The translations under genes were made by a program, and so were the position numbers. Under the pieces are notes generated by a model. That model was not told where the DNA came from, ran no database searches, and saw only the letters and a list, made by a program, of their open reading frames with translations. A stretch of 64,000 nucleotides of DNA from an uncultured Eubacteriales bacterium (lineage in GTDB: Bacteria; Bacillota; Clostridia; Monoglobales; CAYZNM01): contig CAYZNM010000006.1 in assembly GCA_964479875.1 (NCBI GenBank), positions 4,565-68,564 of the forward strand. The letters run 5' to 3'. Below are positions 36,429-46,544 of this stretch, piece after piece (position 1 is the stretch's first letter; every line of letters begins with the position of its first letter).

Positions 36429-37442
36429 TTAAACCTTCTCGCCCGGACTGGTCCTTCTATATTTTGTGCCGTTTATAAGCTTAATCATGCCTGTTATTTC
36501 CAGCTTGGACAATAATCCAAGCAGCTTACCTGTCGCAATAGCTGTCGATTGCAGTATTTCCTCAAAGTTTGCAGGTGCTGACAATCTGTCCATAACCGCG
36601 ATTTCTTCGTCGGTCAAGCCCTGCTTGCTGTAGTTTTCGGCAGGTACGCCATTTTCTTCTATATCATTATAAACACTAACCTTTAAGTTTATTCTTGCAA
36701 TTATGTCGGCGGCATCGCGTACAGGTGTTGCGCCGTTTCGTATGAGCAGCTCGGGTGCATGTCTTCGCTCTGCGTCTTTTATGCCTTCGACGGCGAAAAC
36801 CTTGCGCCGCTGCTTTATTGCGGCGTTGGCAGCGTTGATTGTGCCGCTTTTGCTTTTGCCTTCGATTACAAGCACGCCTTTGCTTAGCCCTGTGATGATT
36901 CTGTTGCGCTTGGGAAAATAGATGTGGTTGGGCGATGTGTTGGGCGCGAGCTCGCTTATGACAAGTCCGTGCTGTTCGATTTGGTCGCGCAATCGCTCGT
37001 TTTCGCGCGGGTAGTAGTGCGTAAGTCCACAGCCGAGTACGGCGATTGTACCGCCGATTCCCTCGAGTGCGCCTTTGTGCGCATAGCTGTCTATACCCTT
37101 CGCAAGTCCGCTCACTACGGTAATTCCGCTTTGGGACAAGCCGTGCGAGATTTTGCACGCGTAGTCGATTCCATCGGCGGAGGGCGAACGCGTACCTACA
37201 ACTGCGACAGATGTATTTTGCAAAAGCTCCACATTCCCAATCCCAAACAACACTACAGGGCTATTTGGTATGTCTGATAGCTGCTGTGGATACTCGCTGC
37301 TATTGTAGTCGATTATCCGTATATTGTCACGGCAGCAGGTGTCAATCATTTTATGTATTAAGTTTAAGTTTTTGTTGCCGAGCCGTGCGACTTCCTCGTG
37401 GGACAATCCTCGCGCGGCGTTGTAATTGCTTTGCTCGTACAC
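36429..37442 (-). CDS. dprA: DNA-processing protein DprA
   Basis: 337 aa. VVSGLAKGIDSYAHKGAL..GGTIAVLGCGL Rossmann-like DprA core, upstream of topA. Confidence 0.9.
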   Translation of the reverse strand: MYEQSNYNAARGLSHEEVARLGNKNLNLIHKMIDTCCRDNIRIIDYNSSEYPQQLSDIPNSPVVLFGIGNVELLQNTSVAVVGTRSPSADGIDYACKISHGLSQSGITVVSGLAKGIDSYAHKGALEGIGGTIAVLGCGLTHYYPRENERLRDQIEQHGLVISELAPNTSPNHIYFPKRNRIITGLSKGVLVIEGKSKSGTINAANAAIKQRRKVFAVEGIKDAERRHAPELLIRNGATPVRDAADIIARINLKVSVYNDIEENGVPAENYSKQGLTDEEIAVMDRLSAPANFEEILQSTAIATGKLLGLLSKLEITGMIKLINGTKYRRTSPGEKV

Positions 37443-37549
37443 GTCGCGGAATGAGCCGTAGAGGTTGTGCAGGCCGACTATCGCGCTGTTGCTTAAGTTT
37501 AAGTAATACTTGAGCCATAGCAGATAGAGAGTGTCGTTCGATATTTGTA

Positions 37550-38311
37550 CTATAATAATCCCATCCTATCCGCTATTGTGTAAACGCAAACTGCGCCTGC
37601 CGCCGCTGCGTTTAATGAGGAGCAGCCGCTCCGCATTGGTATTGTCACCTTTTCGCAGTTTTGCAGCGACATAACCTCGGGCGACACGCCGTGCGCTTCG
37701 CTTCCTATTATTATTGCGGCTTTTTCGCCTATGGTTGTGTTGAAAATAGATTGGTTCGTCGCAGGTGAGGTGACGAGCAATGTGTAGCCTTTAAGGTTTT
37801 GCAGAAAATTTATGTCGACGTCGAAAACAGGTAATCGCAGAATCGAGCCCATTGTCGAACGCACAACCTTGTTGTTGTACAAGCTCACGCAATTGTTGAG
37901 CAGCAGCACAGCGTCGACAAAGCCGCACTCCGCCGTGCGGATAAGCGTGCCGAGATTCCCAGGGTCGCTAACTCCGTCAAGTACAAGCAGCAGCCTATAG
38001 TTATCGCTAAATTCCCACTCAAACTTGCGCACAACGCACATAACGCCCTGCGACGCCATAGTGTCCGACACATGCGCGAACAAACTATCCGTAACAAGAT
38101 AAACAGGCTTGTCCGAAACCTTCTCAAGCTCACGCGCCTTGTCCATGCTGTCTGCGACAAAATACTCAATATTAGCAGCGCATGACGAAATACACTCGTC
38201 GACAATGCGCTTGCCTTCGAGCGTAAAAACGCCGTCCTTACCCGAATTATCCTTGAGCCGACGTAGTTGCTTTATGATTGCGTTCTGCTTTGAGCTTATA
38301 AGATTTATCAT
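37550..38311 (-). CDS. TrmH/SpoU-family RNA 2'-O-methyltransferase
   Basis: 253 aa. SpoU motifs LDGVSDPGNLGTLIRTA, IIGSEAHGVS and SLNAAAAGAV. Confidence 0.85.
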   Translation of the reverse strand: MINLISSKQNAIIKQLRRLKDNSGKDGVFTLEGKRIVDECISSCAANIEYFVADSMDKARELEKVSDKPVYLVTDSLFAHVSDTMASQGVMCVVRKFEWEFSDNYRLLLVLDGVSDPGNLGTLIRTAECGFVDAVLLLNNCVSLYNNKVVRSTMGSILRLPVFDVDINFLQNLKGYTLLVTSPATNQSIFNTTIGEKAAIIIGSEAHGVSPEVMSLQNCEKVTIPMRSGCSSLNAAAAGAVCVYTIADRMGLL

Positions 38312-38964
38312 ATACCGTTTAAATTGGATAGCTTTGCCAGCGATTCGTTCGTACCCATTGCTAAGATTGTGTCGCCGGAGAGGAATACATCTTCGGCGGC
38401 AGGGTACACCTTTATGCTGCCGTCGCGCTTTATCGCAAGCACGTTTACGTTGTACTTCGCGCGGACGTTAATCTGTATGAGCGTTTTGTCAATCCACGAC
38501 GCAGGTATCGGCACTTCCACGATTCCGTAGTCGGGCGACAGCTCAAGGAAGTCGATTATGTTGGTGTAGGATAAATTGTTCGCGACGCGTACGCCCATGT
38601 CGCGTTCGGGCAGCACTATGCTGTCCGCGCCAACTTTGGACAATACCTTGCCGTGAATTTCACTTTGCGCCTTAGACACAACGTGCCGCACGCCTAGCTC
38701 CTTCAACAGCATTGTCGCCATTACGGAATCTTCCATACTGCTTGCAACTGCGACTATGCCGCAGTCGAATCCGCTAACGCCTAGCTGCCGCAGTGTACCT
38801 TCGTCCTCGACATCGGCGATAACTGCTTGCGTTACTTGATTCGCGATTTCCTGCACACGTTCTTCGTCCTTGTCTATCGCAAGCACTTCGTTGCCAAGCT
38901 GATACAGCTCAATCGCAACCGACGTGCCAAACCGTCCCAACCCAATTACAACAAATGATTTCAT
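38308..38964 (-). CDS. trkA: TrkA/KtrA-family K+ uptake regulatory subunit
   Basis: 218 aa. N-terminal Rossmann VIGLGRFG plus a C-terminal TrkA_C domain. Adjacent to the TrkH/KtrB gene. Confidence 0.9.
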   Translation of the reverse strand: MKSFVVIGLGRFGTSVAIELYQLGNEVLAIDKDEERVQEIANQVTQAVIADVEDEGTLRQLGVSGFDCGIVAVASSMEDSVMATMLLKELGVRHVVSKAQSEIHGKVLSKVGADSIVLPERDMGVRVANNLSYTNIIDFLELSPDYGIVEVPIPASWIDKTLIQINVRAKYNVNVLAIKRDGSIKVYPAAEDVFLSGDTILAMGTNESLAKLSNLNGI

Positions 38965-38973
38965 ATCTATACC

Positions 38974-40362
38974 TTAACCAACCAGAATCTTTTCCTCGGG
39001 GTATTTTATCTTGTTCTTGTACGGCTTGTTGAGCCGCTCGGTGAATGCAAGCGTCATCGACAACACGCCTATGCGCCCGAAAAACATCAGTATTATCATA
39101 ATGATTTTGCCGTACAGCGAAAGTGTAGCTGTTACGCCGACCGATAGTCCAACTGTGCCGAACGCGCTCACTACCTCGAACGCAACGTCCAAGAACGGCG
39201 AATATGTGCCGAACAGCAGCATTATTGTCGCGACGATAACTATGAGCAGCGCAATCACAATTGTAGCCTGCGCGCGCATAACTGCGTTGTGCGATATGCG
39301 GCGGTGGAATATTGTCACTTCGCCGCGTCCCTTTGATACCATGATGATGGACAGCAAAAGAATGCAGACTGTGACTGTCTTTATGCCGCCTGCCGTAGAG
39401 CCGGGCGAGCCTCCGATAAACATAAGCAGCAGCGTGATAAACTTTGTGCGCTCCGTCGTAAGAGCGTAGTCGACCGTGTTAAATCCAGCCGTACGCGGCG
39501 TAATGGATTGAAACAGCGACGCGACAATCTTGTCGAAAAAATTCATCTCGCCTATCGTGGCATTATTCTTGTACTCGAACACGAAAAACATCACAAAGCC
39601 GAACAAAATCAATGCCATTGTAGTGAACAAAGTGAGCTTGGAATGCAACCGCAGACTTTTGAAATTCCTGCACCGTGACACGTCAAGTATAACCAAAAAT
39701 CCGATACCGCCCAAAAATATGAGGGCAATAATCACAAAGTTGACAAGATAATCCTTAGCAAAATAAGTAAGCGAGGAATATGGAGCAAACTCCCCCATCA
39801 GGTCGAATCCTGCGTTGCAGAATGCCGACACCGAATGGAAAAGCCCCTTCCATAACCCGCCGAAAAATCCAAAATAAGGGATAAACCTAATTGACAGCAG
39901 CAGTCCGCCCACAAGCTCTATCGCGAGCGCGACAACGACAATGCGCCGTGCCAAAAAGGTTATGCCCTCCATGTCATAGCTGTTAATGCTTTCTTTGATG
40001 AGCAAACGCGTGTTAAGCGAAATAGTGCGCCGAAGCATAAGCGAAAACAGCGTGGCTATCGTCATGAAGCCAAGTCCGCCTATTTGTATCAGCAGCAATA
40101 TAACCGCTTGCCCAAAAAATGTAAACTTTGTATAAGTATCAACCACAACAAGTCCTGTAACGCAGGTCGCTGAGGTTGCTGTAAATAACGCGTTAATGAA
40201 GGAAAGAGGCGCGCCCTTGACTGAAATCGGCAGCATAAGCAACGCCGAGCCGATTGCAATCACCGCCACGAACATTAGTATTATCGCCTGCGTTTGCGTG
40301 AAACGCTTTTTCCTAACCACACGTACGCTATTGAATATGCCCAATTTACCACCTTTTACCAC
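38974..40362 (-). CDS. trkH: TrkH/KtrB-family K+ transporter
   Basis: Polytopic membrane protein with repeated selectivity-filter-like segments (TATCVTGL, NAGFD, RTAGFN, TVGLS). The start is uncertain: GTG 40362, or TTG 40344 preceded by AAGGTGG. Confidence 0.88.
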   Translation of the reverse strand: MVKGGKLGIFNSVRVVRKKRFTQTQAIILMFVAVIAIGSALLMLPISVKGAPLSFINALFTATSATCVTGLVVVDTYTKFTFFGQAVILLLIQIGGLGFMTIATLFSLMLRRTISLNTRLLIKESINSYDMEGITFLARRIVVVALAIELVGGLLLSIRFIPYFGFFGGLWKGLFHSVSAFCNAGFDLMGEFAPYSSLTYFAKDYLVNFVIIALIFLGGIGFLVILDVSRCRNFKSLRLHSKLTLFTTMALILFGFVMFFVFEYKNNATIGEMNFFDKIVASLFQSITPRTAGFNTVDYALTTERTKFITLLLMFIGGSPGSTAGGIKTVTVCILLLSIIMVSKGRGEVTIFHRRISHNAVMRAQATIVIALLIVIVATIMLLFGTYSPFLDVAFEVVSAFGTVGLSVGVTATLSLYGKIIMIILMFFGRIGVLSMTLAFTERLNKPYKNKIKYPEEKILVG

Positions 40363-40372
40363 ATTAGGTTTG

Positions 40373-40407
40373 TTGTAGGAATCGGGCGAACGCAGTTCGC
40401 CCCTACA
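40373..40407. repeat. REP-like hairpin TTGTAGGAATC-GGGCGAACGCAGTTCGCCC-CTACA (likely rplT terminator)
   Basis: Read directly. A near-identical core lies at 58629-58650. Confidence 0.7.
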
Positions 40408-40409
40408 GG

Positions 40410-40763
40410 TTATAGGGCTGCTTTTGCTGCGTCAACTAGCTTCGTGAAAGCTGCTGCGTCGTGGATTGCTATTTCGGACAGCATTTTTCTGTTGATGTTG
40501 ATGTTAGCTCTCTTTAGGCCGTTCATGAAACGGGAGTAGCTGATTCCGTTGTTTCTTGCCGCTGCGTTGATACGCGCTATCCAAAGTTGGCGGAAGTCGC
40601 GCTTCTTTAAGCGGCGGCCAACGTATGCGTGCATCAATGACTTCATTACGGCTTCGTTCGCCGTTTTAAACAAGCGTGAGCGTGAACCGCGGAAGCCCTT
40701 TGCCAGCTTTATTATTTTCTTATGTCTTTTGCGTGTAACTACAGCGCTTTTAATCCTTGCCAT
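40410..40763 (-). CDS. rplT: 50S ribosomal protein L20
   Basis: [28 protein letters not shown]... canonical L20. Confidence 0.98.
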   Translation of the reverse strand: MARIKSAVVTRKRHKKIIKLAKGFRGSRSRLFKTANEAVMKSLMHAYVGRRLKKRDFRQLWIARINAAARNNGISYSRFMNGLKRANININRKMLSEIAIHDAAAFTKLVDAAKAAL

Positions 40764-40808
40764 ATCTTTTCTCCTTTAATATTATCGTAAATTCAACTAA
40801 GCCGTTTT

Positions 40809-41012
40809 TTAGCTGTAAGGCATTAAAGCCTTGATTGCCTTTGCGTTGGTTTGGTCAACGTAATCGGTTTTTCTGTAGTTTCTCTTGCGCTTGGTTGATT
40901 TTTTAGTAAGAATGTGGCTTCGGAAAGCGTGGTCTCTCTTTATTTTACCGTTTTTATTGATTCTGAATCTTTTCTTGGCACCCTTATGTGTCTTAAGCTT
41001 ATACTTGGTCAT
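40809..41012 (-). CDS. rpmI: 50S ribosomal protein L35
   Basis: [26 protein letters not shown]... canonical L35. Confidence 0.97.
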   Translation of the reverse strand: MTKYKLKTHKGAKKRFRINKNGKIKRDHAFRSHILTKKSTKRKRNYRKTDYVDQTNAKAIKALMPYS

Positions 41013-41154
41013 TACAGGGAATCTCCTTCTGTATATATCTTTTAAAATACCTAAGCAGGTATGATAAAGCGTTAGATGAGCATTTGTGATTGCGTTTGTT
41101 GCCGCATTAACAAGTGCCTTGCGAAATCAAGGCTTAATTATCTTTTACATAAAA

Positions 41155-41673
41155 TTAGGGTTTCTCCACTCTGGGAGTTAGATGCATGAACATGTTCTTG
41201 CCCTCAAGCTTGGGCATTTTTTCGATTATCGCGATGTCGTTGAGCTGCGCGCCGAAACGTTTGAGAAGCTGCTCGCCCAGTGAGGCATGAGTAATCTCGC
41301 GGCCGCGGAAGCGTATGCTGACTTTAACCTTGTCGCCGTCTAAAATAAACTTTTTGGCGTGGTTAAACTTTGTGTTAAAGTCGTGTTCGTCGATGTTGCT
41401 GCTTAGGCGAATTTCCTTAACAACTACCATCTTTTGGTTTTTGCGCTGCTCTTTTTCTTTTTTCGTAAGCTCGAAGCGATATTTGCCGTAGTCCATGATT
41501 TTGCATACGGGCGGAGTCGCTTGCGGCGCAATTTTGACTAAATCAAGGTTTTTGTTTATTGCCATTTCCTGCGCTTGCCTAATTGGCACGATTCCGATAG
41601 CGGCACCGTCGCTGTCTATCAGGCGCACTTCCTTATCCCTAATCTTGTCGTTAATAATTAAATCCTTGCTAAT
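41155..41673 (-). CDS. infC: translation initiation factor IF-3 (ATT start)
   Basis: ISKDLIINDKIRDKEVRLIDSDG... canonical IF-3. GGAGGT lies 6 nt upstream of an ATT codon at 41673. The ATG at 41712 used by the ORF track adds a non-conserved extension. Confidence 0.93.
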   Translation of the reverse strand: MSKDLIINDKIRDKEVRLIDSDGAAIGIVPIRQAQEMAINKNLDLVKIAPQATPPVCKIMDYGKYRFELTKKEKEQRKNQKMVVVKEIRLSSNIDEHDFNTKFNHAKKFILDGDKVKVSIRFRGREITHASLGEQLLKRFGAQLNDIAIIEKMPKLEGKNMFMHLTPRVEKP

Positions 41674-41831
41674 GTTAACACCTCCATAAAAATAAAAAAA
41701 GCGTGAAGCCATAAGACGTCACACCACACCAAAATTGCTATCCTAAGTAACCGCAAAGCCCTTGCCGTACGGTGAGAAGTGTGACTTCTTCTTGCATTAT
41801 CCATGATAGCACATTGCTGCGCGTTTGTCAA
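41674..41831 (-). promoter_or_regulatory. infC operon promoter plus structured leader (candidate L20-responsive attenuator)
   Basis: On the minus strand: TTGACA (41826-41831) -17- TATCAT (41803-41808). A leader of about 120 nt ends in a GTGTGA...TCACGC hairpin followed by TTTTTTTATTTTTA just before the infC RBS. Confidence 0.45.
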
Positions 41832-41865
41832 CATAAATTTTCCACGGTGCTTGCGCGCAAATAAA

Positions 41866-41886
41866 AAGGGCGGGGTGTCCGCCCTT
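41866..41886 (-). terminator. terminator after the 589-aa surface protein gene
   Basis: AAGGGCGG-ggtgt-CCGCCCTT hairpin, with a T-run on the minus strand. Confidence 0.65.
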
Positions 41887-41891
41887 GAAAT

Positions 41892-43661
41892 TTATTTTGT
41901 GCTGCTCATCTTTCTTTTGAGAACGACTGCGCCTGTTATTGACGCAAGACCTAGCAGTGAGAATAACAGCATTCTGTTGTTGTCGCCTGTGTAGGGGACT
42001 TCCGGTTCAAGGCCGCCTAGTGGGATTAGTCCGTCAAGGATGTCGAAGTCCTCGAAGTCGAAGTCCTCAAGGCTTGTGCCTTCGGGCAGGTCGAGGTAAC
42101 CCAGCGGCACTCCGTTTTCGTCTAGCACTACAAAGTCGCCGTTTTCATTTTGTGTTATGGTGAAGCTTCTGCCGTTTTGCTCAACTGTGCGTTGTGTTTG
42201 AACGTTTTGCTGTTGTTGCGTATTTTCCTCTGTTGCAGGCTCTTGAGAAGGTTCGGGGGATGTGGATTCCTCCGGCTCGGAAGATTCCTCGGGTGTTGTA
42301 GATTCTTCGGGGGTTGATGATTCCTCAGGCTCTTCCGTGATGGAAGGTACGGTTATGTCAGGCGTCGAGGAAGGCGCAGGAGTGGGGCGTCTTGAAGGCG
42401 TGGGAGATGCGCTCGGCGATGCAGAGGGCGATTCGGCCGGCTCGTCGGAAGGAGTTACTTCTGGAGATTCACTCGGTGTGGGTTCGGGAGATTCGGACGG
42501 CGTAGTCGAAGTAGACGCACTCGGCGTGGGTGTGGGTGTTGCCGATGAAGATGCACTCGGTGTCGGCGTAGGTGTTGCTGTTGAAGATGAGCTCGGTGTG
42601 GGTGTGGGAACCGCCTTCTTTATTCCGGATAAGTCATACATTACGAATGCAGGGTTGCAGGAGATGTCGCCGTTATGCTTGTGATAGCATTCTTTAACAT
42701 GCTGATGGGTTGTGTCGGTAATTTTGCATACCAAATCAGTAGTATCGTATTTTTCATTAGCGGCATAAATTACCAGCTTGATGAAGCCGTCATTTTTTAT
42801 CTTATCAAGCAACGCACTGTCTTTTATGGTTATATCTTTGCTTCCTATTTGTTGCCAATTATCCCAGTCTACGTATTTCTGCGATAAATCACCGAATACT
42901 TCCTTGAGCTTACCTACATCTTCTGTTTTTCCGTCGTATTCATTTTTAAGAGTGCCCGATTGCCCAACGTATACGCCGTTTACAAATGCAATCCAAGCGT
43001 TGTCCGCTGCGATTGTTAATTTTAAATTTTCTTCGAGGTATAGGGGTTTATCCTTAACATCGATTGTATGTGTAACTTTAATTACGTCGCCGGAGGTTGG
43101 GTTTTTTACATCGCTTGATTCCCAGATTTTTTCCGCGCCGTTTGCTGTAAGCTCATCATACTTTTCCTTGCCGCCAATGTCTTGCAAGCCTTTATCCCAT
43201 GTATCGTTGTTAAACTCTTGGTTCGGCTTATCATTTATCGGGTAGTCCGTTTTTGTACTGTCGTGGTCGTCTTCGTTTTCAGTGCCTTCATCTGTTTGCC
43301 CAATTACAGCAGGGGCAGGTGTTGCTGTTGAATCGGCAGGAGCTAGCGTTTCTTTCGGTCGAGGATTGCCTTGGTCGTCCTTGTCAATCGTCGTTACAGC
43401 ACCTGTAACGTTTTCAACAGTAATCGTGCCTTCTGTTTTTGTTGAATCCGTTGTGCTGATAACCTTAACGTCCTCGATGTTCACTTCCTTGGAATCGAGT
43501 TTAATATTCTCGTTGACAGCGATATATAAATCCAATTGCACTTGAGTTGAAGTTTCGGAATCACTGCCATCTCCATTTTCTGCCAAGATGTATATAGGCA
43601 CAAGCGCAGTTATCATGCTGATAACCAGCAACATCGCTAAAAATCTGTATCCCTTTTTCAT
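41892..43661 (-). CDS. cell-surface protein with signal peptide, beta-sandwich-like domain, Pro/Thr/Ser linker and VPYTGD sortase-type anchor
   Basis: 589 aa. N-terminal signal MKKGYRFLAMLLVISMITALVPIYILA. PT/S-rich linker. C-terminus ...LEPEVPYTGDNNRMLLFSLLGLASITGAVVLKRKMSSTK (motif, hydrophobic stretch, basic tail). Confidence 0.85.
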   Translation of the reverse strand: MKKGYRFLAMLLVISMITALVPIYILAENGDGSDSETSTQVQLDLYIAVNENIKLDSKEVNIEDVKVISTTDSTKTEGTITVENVTGAVTTIDKDDQGNPRPKETLAPADSTATPAPAVIGQTDEGTENEDDHDSTKTDYPINDKPNQEFNNDTWDKGLQDIGGKEKYDELTANGAEKIWESSDVKNPTSGDVIKVTHTIDVKDKPLYLEENLKLTIAADNAWIAFVNGVYVGQSGTLKNEYDGKTEDVGKLKEVFGDLSQKYVDWDNWQQIGSKDITIKDSALLDKIKNDGFIKLVIYAANEKYDTTDLVCKITDTTHQHVKECYHKHNGDISCNPAFVMYDLSGIKKAVPTPTPSSSSTATPTPTPSASSSATPTPTPSASTSTTPSESPEPTPSESPEVTPSDEPAESPSASPSASPTPSRRPTPAPSSTPDITVPSITEEPEESSTPEESTTPEESSEPEESTSPEPSQEPATEENTQQQQNVQTQRTVEQNGRSFTITQNENGDFVVLDENGVPLGYLDLPEGTSLEDFDFEDFDILDGLIPLGGLEPEVPYTGDNNRMLLFSLLGLASITGAVVLKRKMSSTK

Positions 43662-43763
43662 TTTACATTACCTCCGTTCAGTTGTGCTGCTATTGTATAT
43701 TTATTATAGCAACCAAAAGTTACATTATGGTGACAAATTGGGTTTTATTGTATTTAAATAAAA

Positions 43764-43795
43764 GCAAAAAGAAGCAGGCAATTGCTGCTTCTTTT
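43764..43795 (-). terminator. terminator after the 900-aa surface protein gene
   Basis: GAAGCAG-gcaattg-CTGCTTC perfect hairpin flanked by A/T runs. Confidence 0.65.
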
Positions 43796-43841
43796 ATGAG
43801 GCAATGAAACTAACTTAGCGAATTTTTAATTCTAGGATAAT

Positions 43842-46544
43842 TTATTTTTGTTGGTTAAGCTTGCGCTTTAGCAGGAATGCGCCTGCGACCGAAACTAGGC
43901 CGGCTAGTGCGTAGAAGGAAGCATTGCTGCTGTCGCCTGTGTAGGGTACAGGCTCGGGTTCGGACTCAAGGCCGCCTAGCGGAATCAGTCCGTCCATGAT
44001 GTCGAACTCTTCAAAGTCGAAATCTTCAAGGGCTGTGCCTTCGGGAAGCTCGAGGTAACCGAGAGGTATGCCGTTTTCGTCAAGCACCATTACCGTGCCG
44101 TCGTCGTTTTGTTGAAGCGTGAGGTCGCGGTTGTTTTGTGTAACGGCGCGTTGCTGTGTGGGCTGCTCGTTTTGTGTTTGTGTTGTTGGGGCTGGGCTTT
44201 CGCTTGGTTGAGCAGGTTCGTTGGTGGGTTCGTCTGTCTGCTCATCTCTCGGTTCGTCTGTCGGCTCTGGTTCATCTGTGGCTTCTGGTTGTTCTGTTAC
44301 AGTAGGACCTACTATTTCAGGTGAAGCAGAGGGCGAAGGAGCAGGACTAGTTGAAGCCGATGGGCTGGGGCTAGGGCTTTCGCTTGCTTCCGTCGAGGGA
44401 GAAGGCGATGGGCTTGGGCTTTCGCTTACTTCAGGGGAAGGCGATGGGCTAGTTGAAGCGGATGGGCTTGGGCTTGTTGATGTTGCAGGCGTTGTATCTA
44501 CGTTTCTAACGTAGAGGAAGTTTATGGTATTGCCGTTTTCTGCAACTGTTACTGTTTGAGCTTCAGCGCCCTGTAATGTGAAGCCTGTTTTGTTTATTGC
44601 GTTTGCCGTGAAGGGCTTGCCTACTTCCTTGCCTGTTCTTGTGAAGTTGTCAACTTGATTCGTTGTGCCTACGGCAGGGTTTGCGTCGATCGTGCGGTAT
44701 GTGTGGATTTCAAGCACGTCGGCCGTAAGTGCTGCAAGCGTTATTACTTTTTCATATACAACCGTTAGCTCTAAGCCCTTTTCAGCAGTGCGCGTTAAGC
44801 TTGTGTCGGTGTTTTTCGCCTTGCTGTTGGTTGTTACGTTTACGAGCTTGTATTCCGCGTCCGCTTTGGAAGTGATTTCAAACTCTTTGCCGTCTGTCAG
44901 GCCTGTAATAGTATCAGTGCTGCCCTTTGCTGTAACCTTATTTCTCGAAACAAGAGCACCTGTGTGGTTGTTTGTTACGTCGTAGAATTCATGGGTTACA
45001 GGAACACTGTATGAAGATATGTTCGTTACCTTGTGGTATTCGATTGTTATTTCTTGGTTCTTGTTGGCAGTTGTTGGGATTGTACCTTGTAATTCATAGC
45101 CATAACTAGTTTTATTTAAAATTGATATGCTTTCGTTATCATTTTTAACTGTTAAGCTATCAGTTGATTTTAGTTCTTCGTTTTCCTCTCTTGCAGTTTC
45201 TGAACCATCTACTTTTGTTACATCATAGTATTTATGATGTACTGTCACAGGGTAAGTGGGTGTTGGGTCGTACACATATCTGATTTCCAACTCGTATCCA
45301 TATTGCGTTTTTGCAAAATCACCAATTGAAGTCGGAAAGGCAGTTACTCTCTTATAAGTTTTCGAGCCATCCACGTATTGTGCGCTGTTGATAACATTCT
45401 TTAAAACCCCATTTTCAAAGTTGCTAAGAGGAATACCATAAAACCCTTGGTTTCCGTTAGGATAGTATCCTTTTTTTACCTCTACGCCATTCTCAACTTC
45501 ATATAAAAAGTGGTCAACGTAAAAGTCGTACTTTGTAGAATTCATTACATACTGTATTGTAAACTCTTCTCCGCCATATACGTAGTAGGAAGAAGAACCG
45601 CTTATTGAACCGCCGTTTTGCAGGTATGAGTATGGCGAGTATGTCTTTCCGTCATTATCGTGCCTTTGGTAGTCCATCGGAGTTATAAATTGATACGGAG
45701 AAGGCCTCTGAGTTTTAAAAGGAACGATTTGCTCAAAAGTACCTTTTTTATTGCCTGGTGTTACTGAACCCTCGTAATACTCATGTGTAATCTTAACTTG
45801 GAATTCGTAATCTTCACAAACGTTATGAACGTATTCGAGGTTGATTACGTTTTGGCTAGTGTCAGATGATACTTGATGTTTAGTTATTGAGGTTTTTAAT
45901 ACAAAGGGTTCATCACAGTCGTGGCTTTTGCTTATTGCAGTTGGGGTGAAATCACTTCCTACTTCCTGATCCTCGAAAGTTTCAGGTACTGTTTCGGTTG
46001 AAACAACCGGATTCTTGTTGCTGCCGCTTCCTGTTCCGAATGTGTTTACAACTTTGTAAATGTGATTTACAGTAACGGTGGAGGTAGATGGAATTGCAGC
46101 CGCAAACGGAGTCATGCCTAGAGCAGCCATGCCCATTTCAGGAAGGTCCTCTTCTGCTTCTTCTTCATCGTCTGCTTCAAGGGATTCTTTTTCGTCGGCT
46201 ACCTCGTCTGATCCTTTTTCTGTTTCTTCTTCGATTACTTGATGGTTGCTTTTATCGTCAGATTCGTTGTCGATTACTTCTTCCTCTTCGTCGGAGAGTT
46301 CTTCATCTACTTTCTCTTCTTCGTTGGCTTCTTCATTGGTTGTGTCATCTTCCGATTCTTCGGTTTCATCAATGGTTGTATCGTCAATTGTGTCGTCAGC
46401 CGCATCTTCAGCCTTGTCGATTATTTGCAAAGCGGCAGATTCTTCGTCAACTTCGTCGGCGAAAACTACGCTGTTTATCGGCATGAATGCTGACAGCACG
46501 CAAACAGATAGGAGAATCGCTAAGTACCTTTTTAAGTTTTTCAT
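43842..46544 (-). CDS. large cell-surface adhesin-like protein with acidic N-terminal region, repeated beta domains, PS-rich linker and VPYTGD sortase-type anchor
   Basis: 900 aa. Signal MKNLKRYLAILLSVCVLSAFMPINSVVFA. A D/E-rich segment. At least 5 repeats beginning V.V.H.YY-like (VNHIYKV, ITHEYYEG, VHHKYYDV, VTHEFYDV, EIHTYRT). C-terminus ...PEPVPYTGDSSNASFYALAGLVSVAGAFLLKRKLNQQK. Confidence 0.85.
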   Translation of the reverse strand: MKNLKRYLAILLSVCVLSAFMPINSVVFADEVDEESAALQIIDKAEDAADDTIDDTTIDETEESEDDTTNEEANEEEKVDEELSDEEEEVIDNESDDKSNHQVIEEETEKGSDEVADEKESLEADDEEEAEEDLPEMGMAALGMTPFAAAIPSTSTVTVNHIYKVVNTFGTGSGSNKNPVVSTETVPETFEDQEVGSDFTPTAISKSHDCDEPFVLKTSITKHQVSSDTSQNVINLEYVHNVCEDYEFQVKITHEYYEGSVTPGNKKGTFEQIVPFKTQRPSPYQFITPMDYQRHDNDGKTYSPYSYLQNGGSISGSSSYYVYGGEEFTIQYVMNSTKYDFYVDHFLYEVENGVEVKKGYYPNGNQGFYGIPLSNFENGVLKNVINSAQYVDGSKTYKRVTAFPTSIGDFAKTQYGYELEIRYVYDPTPTYPVTVHHKYYDVTKVDGSETAREENEELKSTDSLTVKNDNESISILNKTSYGYELQGTIPTTANKNQEITIEYHKVTNISSYSVPVTHEFYDVTNNHTGALVSRNKVTAKGSTDTITGLTDGKEFEITSKADAEYKLVNVTTNSKAKNTDTSLTRTAEKGLELTVVYEKVITLAALTADVLEIHTYRTIDANPAVGTTNQVDNFTRTGKEVGKPFTANAINKTGFTLQGAEAQTVTVAENGNTINFLYVRNVDTTPATSTSPSPSASTSPSPSPEVSESPSPSPSPSTEASESPSPSPSASTSPAPSPSASPEIVGPTVTEQPEATDEPEPTDEPRDEQTDEPTNEPAQPSESPAPTTQTQNEQPTQQRAVTQNNRDLTLQQNDDGTVMVLDENGIPLGYLELPEGTALEDFDFEEFDIMDGLIPLGGLESEPEPVPYTGDSSNASFYALAGLVSVAGAFLLKRKLNQQK

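Noticed and set aside
40363-40409. Looked for a c-di-AMP (ydaO-type) riboswitch upstream of the trkH/trkA K+ uptake genes, since cdaA is present in the window.
   Set aside because: The gap is only 47 bp and is occupied by a REP-like hairpin that terminates rplT. There is no room for a riboswitch.
42262-42684. Plus-strand Gly/Ser/Asp-rich ORFs (42262-42684 and 44221-44514), and the underlying degenerate tandem DNA repeats, considered as possible independent genes or a CRISPR-like array.
   Set aside because: They are the antisense of the Pro/Thr/Ser linker regions of the two surface proteins. The repeats are short, degenerate, coding and contiguous, with no unique spacers of regular length. 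They are not CRISPR.
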